This document shows, piece by piece, positions 14,182-26,351 of a stretch of DNA of 64,000 nt. Each line of letters starts with the position of its first letter. The first letter of the stretch is position 1. The stretch spans positions 110,112,001-110,176,000 of the forward strand of contig OX597817.1 of NCBI GenBank assembly GCA_951406725.2, in the 5' to 3' direction. A program made the position numbers and the translations under genes. The notes below the pieces were generated by a model. The model saw only the letters and a list, made by a program, of their open reading frames with translations. It ran no database searches and was not told the origin of the DNA. Source of the stretch: Octopus vulgaris. Lineage: Eukaryota.

Positions 14182-14277
14182 CTTCAATTGAGGAAGTGCT
14201 TGGAGAAGCATTTACCCTTAATGATGCATTTGACATAAACTTCAAGCCTCGGAATTTTAAGGTTGACTGGATCGACG
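14182..14277 (+). CDS. DPP4-family exon A (SIEEVLGEAFTLNDAFDINFKPRNFKVDWID-G); may alternatively start at the in-frame ATG at 14115
   Basis: Polypyrimidine tract plus CAG ending 14181; donor G|GTAAGT at 14278; phase 1 joins exon B. FTLxD...W-I-D resembles the start of the DPP4 ectodomain. Confidence 0.85.
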
Positions 14278-15919
14278 GTAAGTTTCTTTATGGTTTTCAC
14301 TTCTTCTTATCTTAATTTGTTTACCCTAAACTACACATATAAATTAAGGTGTGTGGATTATTTAGTAAAAGATCATACATATATATAATATAAGTATATA
14401 TGTGTGTGTTTATGTGTCTGTATTTTTATGTACATTTCAACCATTTGACTGATTTTTGCAGTATATTGATAATCTTCAAAACAGTAATTAACTTATTCTT
14501 AGTTGCTTCAGCCAAACCTGTTAAGAAACTTCGTACTGATTCTTACAAAAGCTTCTAAAGGTTCACTACTTTGAGGATTTAGGGAATATGTAGCTAAGTT
14601 AGGCATAACTTAGAAACCACTGCTGCAGCTTTTATTATATATATTCTTAAGGTCAACTTTTAGTTACACACATGCACTTCTAGGTTTCATCACTAATTCA
14701 TTTCTCAACCAAATAGAATGTGGATTTTTTTATCAATGATAGTCCAGTCATAAGCTACATTTTGAGACAAAATAATTGAAATTTGTTTCATTAAAATCTG
14801 TGAGGTTAAAATGGGAGACTAAGGTAAAAAATTGACTGTGAATCAAAATAGTTGTTATTTTAAAAGAAAAGTATGAATTGATTGGGTTTAAAAGAACATG
14901 CTCCTTGAGAAGAATCTCTTGGTGAAAACTTCATTAAAAAATATTAGCTACAGAAGAAAATCGTCCGACCTTAAGTGACAGAAAAAAGTGTGATTAATTT
15001 AACAATTTAAAATATTTTTTATCATTTTAAGATATTTAGCATTATAAAAGACAACTGATGTTATGTATTGTCAAGCTTACTGGTACAGAATACTTAATTG
15101 GAGTCTGAAAGGTATTTGGTTAGATTCTCTGTTGGGGCCTGCTAGCCACTGTTTTATTTTGTTTTCTTAGAGTATTTGACCAATCCAATCTGTTTACACT
15201 CTATTCTGCATTCAAGATTTTTTTTTTTTTCTGTAAAATACCAGTTGACTTGGCCCTTCAGATTTAGTCATAAGGTCAAATTTTAGTCACTTGCAAGGTC
15301 TTTTAGGCTTTATCACTAATTCAGTTCTCAACCACATTGAATGCTATGTCTTTATCATTCTGCATTCAGGATTTACTTCAGATGAAGGACTTTTATGAGA
15401 AAAATTTTAAGGTGAAAAACCTTGTCAAAAAATATTTGCTACAAAAACCTTGTGTTGCTTTAAGTGGCAAAAATGTGATTAAAATATTTTCGTCTTTTTA
15501 AGAGAAAAGTAATATTGAACTTAAATAAAAGAGTTCATCAAGACAAATATTTTGTAGAGAACCCCATCTAAAAATATTAAGCATAAAAACAGTAATGATT
15601 TTATGTGATTTCATATTATTTTTTTTTTATTTTGTTTATGTATTAAAATATGTACATATCAAAAACATGAAAATAAAATTTTAACACACTAAGAAAACTA
15701 ATAAGCTAATTATTAATTAGTTAATTAGAATATAACATTATTTCATAATAAAAATAGTTTAGAAATATATTCATTTGTAACAGATATGCTGCTATTAAAC
15801 CTGGGTTTTTTTTAGATGCAAGCAAAATCTGTATTTTTTTTAAATATTTACAATAGTTTCATTCCCCCCATCCCCAATTATAAAGGTAAATATAATTATT
15901 CTAATAAAAGAAGCATTGC

Positions 15920-17122
15920 CTGGGAAAAAGTGGACTAGAATGAAAAATGTAGGTGCAGAATCCTAGAATATTCATAAGTGTTGAACCTGGAAAAGTACAA
16001 AACAAGCAGCAATTGTCAATTAAACCTGGTAAAATACAGGACAAGAAGAAAAACTTAAAATATTGCTGCTGAAGTTAGAAATTGTTAAATAAATTTCTGA
16101 AATTGTTCATCAAATAGTGTGTACACTGTTTTATTGTTTTTATTTTTTATTGCAATTTTTTTAATTTAAAAATTCTTTGTATGAAGCTAAGATATGTCTG
16201 TCTTTTAGTATTATATTATTTTTAAAATTTTATTTTCTTAACAAAACTATGTATCCAAAAATTTGAAATCCCAGGTATTATGTTATAAAATTAAACTCAT
16301 GTAGAATATATGTAATTCAAAAGAATAAAAAATAGTAAAAAAGTTTTTTTTTAAGAAACAAAAGAATTAAATTCTTTAAAGTTTGCATTATCAGATAATG
16401 AAGTATTTTCTATTTACAGTTTGAAAAATATTTTTTAAAATGAAAGCTAATGAACAAATTGAGTGCAAAATGTAGAAATAACTCTATAAACTTTTTTTTA
16501 AAACCTTAAGGATTATAATTTTACCTAAATTGCTATTATTTGATTTATTGCAGTCGTGGCTAAAAATTTGGAACATTTTTTAAAAAATTAAAACTGTTGT
16601 GCCCAAGTTCAATTCAATTCAAATATAGAGATATACTTACCTAATAACCGATCCAATGGTTTAATGTATAAAAGAAAAATTTTCAGACCTATGCTAAAGT
16701 TTTGGTCAAGTAATAATATATTGCAAATTAAATATAACTTTGGGTATTTAATATAAAAATTTTAATTTTCAAACTTGTATTCCAAACTTTTGGCTGCAAC
16801 TGTAAATATAGAAATTTGTAATTTCAAATTTTTAAAGTCTAAATTTGCTGACAGTCTTTTCACTAAAATTGAAAATAAATAGTTTCTTGAGTATTTTAAT
16901 TTAAACTTTCAAGTAAAAATTAAAAAATAAAAAGGCATTTATTACTATTTTAGATTTTAAATTCTAACTTTAGCAGCAATATTTTAAGCTTCTTTTTTTC
17001 TTCTTGTCTTGAATTTTTCCAGGTACAATTGTTGCTTGCTCAGTTCTTTTCCAGGTTAAATACTTAGGAATATTCTAGAATTCTGTCCCTGCATTTTTCA
17101 TTCTAGTTCAGTACTTGTCCAC
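15920..17122. mobile_element. Old MITE/foldback element with ~160-bp imperfect TIRs
   Basis: 15930-16080 is the reverse complement of ~16960-17110 (actagaatgaaaaatg...aaaatattgctgctgaagttagaa). Confidence 0.7.
16551..16802. mobile_element. Tc1-like MITE nested in the foldback element
   Basis: TIRs cagtcgtggctaaaaatttggaa / ttccaaacttttggctgcaactg; TA at the right flank. Confidence 0.75.
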
Positions 17123-18179
17123 ACTTATTAACCTTAATTTAAGGTGTGCATCTCTATCCACAAGCTTATTTACATAAAAAAACTTACGATACAAAAAGTA
17201 ATTAATCAAAGTAATCGATGAATCACAGAAAAAAAGCCGGTAAAGAGTTTTCTATGATTGTACTCACCCAGCTCAAATAATAAGCCACAAATCTCTACCT
17301 CATCCTCATTCTTCTTCTTCTTCTTCTTCTCCTCGTCCTCCTTCATGAACTTTACACCCTGCAGTCACTTGCACAGAGTAGATTGTTATAGGGCTGGTCT
17401 TTCCATATCCAGCTGGTAAGACCCCTAACTGTAGTTTCACTTTGCCACTAATCAAGACATTTGTTCACAAATCATTGTAAGTTTATGGAACTCTCTATTA
17501 TGAAATAAATGAAGAAATATTTTGTGTTATAAATATTATGACACCTTGTAACCCTCTCTATAAAAACACTGGATTATTATTGCTAAATTGGTATATTAAA
17601 TCTTTGCATCCATTTCTTAAATTGGTTCACTGTGTGCTAAATTGGTACATTATCACCATCACCAACAGTAGCAGTATTTTATATCCATCTTCCATACTGG
17701 AATAGGCTGAGCAATCCAACAAGATCCAATAGGATCCAACGACATGAGGACTGCATCTTGCTCCAGCATTTCGGTTTTGACATGATTTCAACAGTTAGAT
17801 GATATTCTTAACACCAATCACTTTACACTGTTCTAAATGCATTTGTCATGGTGCCAGTATTATAGCAATTGTTTTGCTTTGGCAAGATTTAAGAGTTTGT
17901 GTGAACTTGTGTTATTTCTGTTCAATTCACCAGCAACTTTACAGAGTGTACTAAGTGCTTTTCTTCATGACACCAGTAGTTGCAAGATTATCTTGTAACT
18001 CATAAGATTAAAGAGCCCTCCCCACACATGAAAATGGAGAATATGAGAGAGTATGTCTGCTTTTAGACAGAGAGTTCAAAGAAGTTAAAATAAGATAGGA
18101 GTAGACATGCATATATAAATATGTAGAAAATGATGCAAATAAACAAATAAAACTGTTTGAGCCAATATACAAAATATAC

Positions 18180-18590
18180 ACAGGTGCAGACATGGCTGTT
18201 TGGTAAGGAGCTTGCTTCCCAACCACATGGTTCTGGATTTAGCCTCAGTATGTGACACCTTGGGCTAGTGTCTTCTACTATAACCTCGGGCCAACTAAAG
18301 CCTTGTCAGTGGATTTGGCAGATGGAAACTGAAAGAAGCCCGTCATATATATACATATGTGTGTGTCTTTGTGTCTGTGTTTGTCCTCCCATCACCACTT
18401 GACAACCAGTGTTGATATGTTTATGTCCCCATAACTTAGTGGTTCAGCAAAAGAGACTGATAGAATAAGTACTTGGCTGAAAAAAAAGATAATTCCTGGC
18501 TTGATTTGATCGACTAAAAAAAAACATTTAAGGCAATGCTCCAGCATGGCCTCAGTCCAATGACTGAAACAAGTAAAAGAATAAAAGAAT
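18180..18590 (+). mobile_element. Abundant tRNA-derived SINE, near full length. Other copies: 9290-9545(-), 19435-19805(-), 28070-28605(+), 34160-34680(+), 45500-45660(-), 48360-48505(-), 63460-63625(-)
   Basis: Head tggctgtttggtaag, body ...caccttggg...gtcttctactata...gaaactgaaagaagcc, tail cagcatggcc..tgactgaaacaagtaaaaga; many copies in the window. Confidence 0.85.
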
Positions 18591-18705
18591 TACGGCCATA
18601 TCATGTTGAAAGCACCAGTTTTCGTCTGATCACCGAAGTTAAGCAACGTTGAGCCTAGTCAGTACTTAGATGGGTGACCGCTTGGGAAACCTAGGTGCAG
18701 TAAGC
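18590..18705 (+). rRNA. 5S rRNA-derived copy (probably pseudogene or SINE3 head, not a functional array unit)
   Basis: ttacggccatatcatgttgaaagcaccag...gatcaccgaagttaagcaacg...agtacttagatgggtgaccgcttgggaaacctaggtgcagtaagc is a near full-length metazoan 5S. The first ~2 nt are missing, several positions are substituted, and no oligo-T terminator follows. Confidence 0.9.
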
Positions 18706-19949
18706 AAAGCACGTTAAAATGGCGGTGCCCCAGCATGGCCACAGCTCATGAGCTGAAACTAGAATCAATCAATCAATCAATACATGTAAATAGAGAGAAA
18801 ACAAAATCTGAAAATATTCAGATGATCAATATTCATGTATAAATATATAGATAGTTACAAATTAACTGAGTAGTTATACAGAGTACAAAGACACAGAAAA
18901 TTAAGGGGAAATCATATGGTGTTACAAGCCCAACAGCTGTTTCTGTGAACTCAGGATTACTTCATAATATTAGCAGGTGTAGTTTGCAGCAACAAGTGAT
19001 GGAATCAAATAAACATTAGGTAGATCTCGCCTCCATCATCAGGGTTATCTCTCTACCCAGTTCAAAAATTATTTCTCTAAATTTCAAGTAAACTCCAGTT
19101 GAAACTTGTATATTGAATTAAATCTTGAACAACTTTATTCTTTTATTCTATGTAGTATCGTAATCGTAAATATATTAACTTTATTTTTAAATACTGAGTG
19201 CACCATCCTTTGTTTTATAACACTTTTCAAACTCTCTCTCTCTTCCTTTTACTCTCTCTATCTTCGCCCCTCTCTCTTGTATAGCAAAATGAATACCAAC
19301 TATAGTTAGCCCTTTTCATATCAATCTCTTTAAGGCCACTACTGGTTTTATGATACAAAACTGTCATTTTAAAGTGTTTATCATTTTATCTATGAACTTT
19401 TTGTTAAGTTATGGTTTAGTTTAATAATAATAGTCATCTTTACTTTTACTTGTTTCAGCCATTAGACTGCGGCCATGCTGGGGCACTGCCTTGAAGAATT
19501 TTTAGTCAAATGAATCGACCCCAGCACTTATAATATCTTTTTAGTCTGGGACTTATTCGATCGGTCTCTTTTGCCAAACTGCTAAGTTATGGGGATGTAA
19601 ATACACTAGCACTGGTTGTCAAGTAGTGGTTGGAGACACACACATATATACAGCGGGTTTCTTTCAGTTTTCGTTTACCAAATCCACTCACTAGGCTTTG
19701 GTCAACCTAAGGCTATAGTAGAAGACACTCACCCAAGGTGCAACACAGTGGCACTGAACCCCTAGCAATGTGGTTGAGAAGTTAGCTTCTTACTACACCT
19801 GCACCTATAGTGTTGATTATTTTTAAAATTAATCAATGCCCGTTGATAGTACATGTATATCATTAGAAATATGTTCGCAAAAGAGGTAATGGTGCCAAGT
19901 GAGGAATTTCTGTTGATTAATTAAACTTTTGTGTATTTATCTATTTCAG

Positions 19950-20047
19950 GTGAAGATGCATTTCTTTACAGAAATGATGATGGTGCTCTATTTGAATACG
20001 ACTGCCTTACGAAAAATTCTACATTTATTATGGATAATACCACATTT
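19950..20047 (+). CDS. DPP4-family exon B (GEDAFLYRNDDGALFEYDCLTKNSTFIMDNTTF)
   Basis: Acceptor ctatttcag, donor gtaagt at 20048, open frame continuous with neighbouring exons. Confidence 0.92.
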
Positions 20048-21599
20048 GTAAGTATATTTATTCATCTCCTTTGTATGACATAAAGATTCTATTTTGTAAC
20101 AATTTCATTTTTCTTATTGGTCCTCCTATTGGCCAAAGAGCTTGTAACTTGCTACTAGTGTATTGGTAAGTACTGAGGAGTTTAGATTAAGAGTGAAAAT
20201 GGTCTGGAGTTGTCTCCCAAACATATTCTTTTACTATTTTGGCTCATTGGTCTGTGACACGGATGTAGTCAATTATACCAAGTCCAGTACTTTGTCTAGG
20301 ACTTTATCAATCCCAAAAAGAGGAAAGGAAAACTTAACCAGAGCAGAATGTGAAATCAGGCTGTAAAGAGATGCATTCAGATAGCACAAGATATTTTGAT
20401 TGATACTTTAGAAACTATTCTAGAGAAATAAAAATGTAAGTTACTGACTAATAGCAGCTTTCCTTACCAAATATTTATTTCTAGTTACTATTAGTTAATA
20501 CTAACTTCATTACACTATCAATTTACAGTGCTAAGATTAAATTCAACCTTGTAGCTGGGAAAGTGATGGATTCTAAAAGGTTGACTTGCTCTTTCTTTTT
20601 TATCTTCAAGTCAAGAGGGAAGGCAGTGCTTATGACCCATTACAGAGTTTCTGAGACTGGTGAGTGAGGAATGCGGAAGGTATCCTCAAACTAGAAACTT
20701 GGCCCATATGCCTGCAACAGAGTGGACTCTGCTCAGGGCACCCAAGGTGTCAGATAGTGTGGTTAAAGTGGGAAATGGATTAAGTCAACCACTACAGTAG
20801 GCCATGGTGAGGTTTGAACACAGAATGCAAAGAACCAGAACAAATTCAGCAATGCAGCAATCCATTGTTTCTCTAGTCATCACTACTTTGGATTGTTACT
20901 ATTTCATTTACCTTGAAAGTATAAAAAACAGACCTTAGCAAGATTTGAATTCAGAGTGCAGAAAGTCAGAACAAATACCTCAAAATATTCTATCTAATAC
21001 TATAATGACTCTGCCAACTTGCCCTCAAAATATGACTTGAATATTGAATATGAAGTCTTTCGTGATAATTTTATAACCCAATTGATTACGTGTCTCACCA
21101 ACATCTCCATTACATTCCTTTCTATAATGAGAGCCCTTTATAGAAGTAATCACCAGCCAAACTATGACTGTGATTCCAACTTGTATATTATTCACTCCAT
21201 TTTCAATGCTTACTCCATTAGAAAAGACATTATTTTTACCTTATGTGAAGTTTACAAAACCAATTTCCAATTGTTGCATACAAAATGTGGAGAATATTCA
21301 AACAGAAAATACAGACATACATTTGGGATTGACTCTATTGCAACTATATTATACAAGAACTAGTAAGCTTAGCAAAGACAAAAGTATTAGGATAAACTTA
21401 GCTAAGATTAACCTCAAAATAAACTTAACAAAGACTCAAGTTTTTGTAAGAAAAAAGACAGACCCCTGCTACCATTAAGAAAATGGCTACGCTTGATATG
21501 CAGAAAAGGAGTTGGTAGAAATTTCAGAGTGAACTCCTATGTAAACTATGGTCACACAAAAGGTGTAATGAGATCACAAACAAGTTAACAAAGAAGGTA

Positions 21600-22200
21600 G
21601 ACTTTGTATGCATAGGTGCATTAAAATGGTTTTGTATCTAGAATACGGTTTTATTCCTTCAAATACTCTAAATGTTCATTAGAAGTAGTTGGTAACATTA
21701 GTTAGGTAACCTAATTTGTTGTGGAGGTAAAAGTATAGTAGCCAGAGTAAGAATGAGATAGGAAAAGTTCAGTGAACTGTAACTTCTGCTGTTACCGAAA
21801 TAGAAACAAAAAGTTTGTATTTTGGAGTAAAGGGCAAATTATATGATGTATTGTGTACAAAACATGATGCTACATGATAGAAAGACATGGACCTTAAATG
21901 CAGAAGATTCACAATGATTAGAAAGAAATGAAATGAGAATACTCTGCTGCATGTGTAATATTAGCATATATAAACAATAGAGCATAAATTAGCTGAGAAA
22001 AGTTAGATTCAAGTAGAATTAGATAGTGTGCAAAAGATAAGATTGTACTGATGTGAGCATGTGATGTATGTTGAGGATATATGGAGAAGTGCATTGTGTT
22101 TGAAGTAAATGAGACTTGAAACCATAGAAAAACACAATACAGTCAGGAATCTGAACCTCATGTTGGAAATGACAAACAACTGTGATGAGTGGGGATACAT
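21600..22200 (+). mobile_element. Highly decayed RTE LINE C-terminal fragment
   Basis: Colinear similarity to 59860-60350 (gaagtagttg..., agaata...aagttcag..., gaaagaaatgaa...). Confidence 0.55.
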
Positions 22201-25200
22201 AGTGCTAAAGAAGACCAGCCCACCAGTCAAGTATGGCAAAATGGTTATTATTAAAATGGTAAATGTTAGAATGTATGACGTATCATTGGATCACTCACGT
22301 ATTATGTTCTTGTTAAGTCTTCATCTGCTACCTCCTCTACAACCCTCTCGCTTATTCACTGTACACCACTTGCATGATGAGGAATGATATTTAATTTGAT
22401 TAGTCCATACTTAATCTCCTATCCTCCTGTTATCACTCTGTCTCTCTTCTCCTATCACACTTCTCTCATTCTACCTCTCTTTCCCTTTATCACCTCTCCC
22501 CAATCATCATCCCTTATCACTCTACCTCTCTTTCACCATCTCCCCTCTCAGAGTCTGCCACTTTTTAGACATCTTTCACTTTACATCACCAATTTGTATT
22601 GCTATCTATCACTGACTGCTCAGCTTTATAGCTATTTCATCATCAAAGTGCTTGTACTGTTTTTCAATTCAATCCCCATAAAATCAATTAATATCTAGCT
22701 GTCACTGTCCCTCTACTTCCTCTACTATCTTACCTTTCCCATCACTGTGTTTCACACACTACCTCTTACTCTCTCTGTTTTTCACCCTTATAGGCATCAT
22801 ACTCTCTGCATCTATTCAGACCCTTGGTCATATTTGCCTTTAAAGAATGGGGGCAGCCTAGGATAGAGAGAACTATTTAGTCTCATAGAATATAAGGCAA
22901 TCTATTTCTTTCTCTCTCTGCTCCCACCTCTCTCAAGCTGGAGCCACAATATAATGTACCCAGTTCTCTCTGTAAAATGACTGGCCAATGAAAGGAGACA
23001 ATGTTGGGTGGAGAGAACAAGACTAAAGTACTGATACCTTAATAAAAAGCAGCAGTTCAGTGATTGATGTTAGGATTGGCATCCAATCATAGAAGTCATG
23101 TCAAAAATGGAATGTATAACCATGACATGGTCACTGACTCCTCTATGTAGGCAGGTCTCCACTTGCTCCATGATGGTGATGTATTGAGTATTTTGAATGT
23201 TTCATAAGCCTATCATCAAATGTACTATGTGAATGTGTGTATATGAAAAGGAGAGTAATAGGCCTGGCATATATTTTCTCTAAGAGCCCATATCACCACA
23301 CACTGACAGAAATTTTGTTTATCTCCATTGAGTCCTGTACAAAAGCATTTTAACAATAACAATCATACAGAGCAGCCAAAGAAGTTATATGCTCACAACT
23401 GTCATACTTCACTACACATATTCAACAACTGCATAAGAAGGGTATGCAGTATAGTTGCAATCCACTCTAAAGTATGACACATTTGAGAAACTAAACTTAT
23501 TGGTTATCTCAAAACATTTGATTTGCTGTATCAGAATTTGTGAGTCATTGGTCTAATATTCCACTTATATTTCAAACTAACAACAGCAATTGGTTCTATG
23601 GCCCAGTATACAGACTTGGGGTTTAATTTTTTTTTTATCAAAATGATGGAAGTACTATTTCATTTACAACCTCAGAGAAGTTTACTGTTATTATGCTAAG
23701 CTATTGGTTAAGTTTATCCTGGTTGAACCTAATAGTATTCAGAATCCTGATAATCACCAGGTGTCTATCTTAAAACTTAATCCACTAAAGTATATTTGTT
23801 GCCTTTAAATCATATACAAGTTCATTCTTGACTCAATAATACCAGCCAAGTGTTAAGTTAGTGTTAATATATTTAATGTGCTTTTTAAAAACCATTCTGT
23901 ACTGTTCAGCACATCATTCCAGCCATGTTTGCAATATTCTGTTGTTGCCTTTGGATTGTTTATGAGTTATATCCTGGTTGCATCACAATAACAGGTCAGC
24001 CTCCAACATTTTTGATGGAAATCAGTTCAACATCAAAGTTTCCATATTTAAGAACACATAATATTTTAATTTCATAAGAACAGATATATTTTGTTCTTAA
24101 CCAAAATGCTTATAGTCACTAATAAAAATATTGATGCAAAGAGAAAAAGATAATATCAGTTCAATGACTAATCATTTTGGTTAGTACCAGAGACAACTCT
24201 GAACATATTTTGGTCTGCACCATATTATCATTACTACTTCTTGCTTGTCTGAAAACTTACCTCCTTAAGGTATTTGTTTATGTTTGTCTCATAGTTTAAA
24301 CTACATAGGTGTAAACTCATGTTGTAACCAAAACACTCAGGGTCTTGGCTTATGTATCAAAAATATAGTCCAAACTAGATGAAAGTAGATAACTAAAGAA
24401 TTTTTGGAACTAAGTACAGAAACTTAGCTTGTTCTTTTCAGTTCAAAGAGCTATATAATTCAGTTCTTTTATTAAATATTTTGAAGAATATGGGCAGCTC
24501 CCCTATTATTTTTCAGGGCATTCTAAATAAAGATAAATTGATGAAGCTAGAGAGGATTATTTTCAGTTTTCATTTTTGGAGAGCAGCAGTTGAAAGGAAA
24601 GTAGGCAATAGAAAAATTTTAAATTGGCACTCTGTTGGTTACAATGATGAGTGTTCCAGTTGATCTGATCAATATAACAGCCTGATCATGTGGCTAAGCA
24701 CTCCACAGATACAAGTAACCTTAACATAGTTTTGAAGGAGATTCAGCATAACACAGAATGTGACAATACAGGCCCTTTGAAATACAGGTACTACTAATTT
24801 TAACCAGCTGGGTGAACTGGAGCAATGTGAAATAAAGTGTCTTACTCAAGAATACAATACACCACCAAGTACCAAACTCATAAGCCAAATACACTAACTT
24901 CATCACATAAAGTGTAGTTGATAAGATATTGCTAAGTAATGTAAGAGAAAGTTCACCAATCAAGTGAACATGTGTATATGCTTACCCACCTAATTTACTA
25001 TAAATTTTAAATTAGATTTTGGGTGTATGATTCCAAAGAACAGCTCTATATTAGATACTGCCTCACCTTGTGACTTATTAACATAACTAATTTTTATATT
25101 TAATTATATTAACTCTTGCTAACACAGACTACTGCTAGTCTCCTTTATGACTATAGTCTTTCATTTAATTGTTTATATTTATAAAATATAAAAAGAAAAC

Positions 25201-25245
25201 TAAAGTAAATCAAACTATCATCTGGTTTATATTTTCTTTCCACAG

Positions 25246-25320
25246 CGACAGTATGATACCAATGTGTACTCAGTATCTGCAGATAGGAAATATGTTTTGC
25301 TGACATATAATATCATGCCG
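25246..25320 (+). CDS. DPP4-family exon C (RQYDTNVYSVSADRKYVLLTYNIMP)
   Basis: Acceptor ttttctttccacag, donor gtaagt at 25321; SVSxDxxYVLL motif typical of DPP4. Confidence 0.92.
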
Positions 25321-26351
25321 GTAAGTTAATTTGATTTTAATTTGTGATAATGATTTGCTTCAAACTCTAACCAAATCTATGTTCTCTGTTATATCAGTGT
25401 AAAGATTATCTTTCTTGCAAATTAATGGATATCAAAATAACTCAAAACAAGATTAGAGATAGCAGTGTGTATTGTTGACTAAAGATGGAACTGCTGTAGC
25501 TTCAGTGACCCAGTACCTAGGTCATAAGTTCAGCATTTTAGAAGTGGCATGCAGTGTATTTTAATAAAACTTCAGTGGGTACAATTTCTGAGAAATTTTC
25601 AGTTTAATAAACTATGTTTTCATAAAGCAAAAAGAAAAAAAAGAAAAAGAAAATGGAGGTGATAGGGATATGAAATGGAAGAAATTTTTAAAACTTCTAA
25701 AACTGAAAATGAGATTTTAGCTAGAATGACAATTCAATAAATCAAGAATGAAAATTCAGATTTGATTTGATGAATTAAAAATTCATTAAGTTTCAATGCA
25801 AGTTCAAAATTAAATTTTTGTTTCTATCATCATTGATTCTCATCAGTTTGAAATTTAGAACTGGAAAAAGAAGGTAAACAAAGCCACTCAAAAGCCAAAA
25901 CAGAAACTAAGTTAAATCAAAATCCCTATGTATCAAAATTTTAAAATATAACATATATGTAGAGCTGGAAAGGAATGTCATTTTGCAGGTTAGCATAGAT
26001 TAGTTATTGATATGTAGAAAGTGAAAAAAATGGAACTGTAAAATCCTAACTATAAAAAGTACTGCTATACATATGTAAAAGGTGATATATTAAATATGAT
26101 CTAAGAGGAAGTGTGGTAATTTTTTTAATGTTCTTTCTACAGGAAAAAAAAAATGAAAATGAAATCTTAAGTTTCAAGGGAAACAGGAAAGAATTTTATG
26201 TTTTGGTTGAAATGTATCATAGCAAAGAAGAGAAACAGGTGTCCTGTGTTTTCATTTAAATATATCCACGTACACATTTTAACTACAAAGAATACAAATC
26301 ACTCTTCTCCTCCTCATAAAAGGGTTGAAATGTGTGTGTGTGTGTGTGCAT

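Noticed and set aside
18590-18705. Functional 5S rDNA locus
   Set aside because: Single copy, clipped 5' end, substitutions, no T-run terminator, and followed by a retroposon tail.
21019-21478. Overlapping 114-aa and 104-aa ORFs
   Set aside because: No recognisable motif or convincing splice sites; probably chance ORFs or unrecognisable TE decay.
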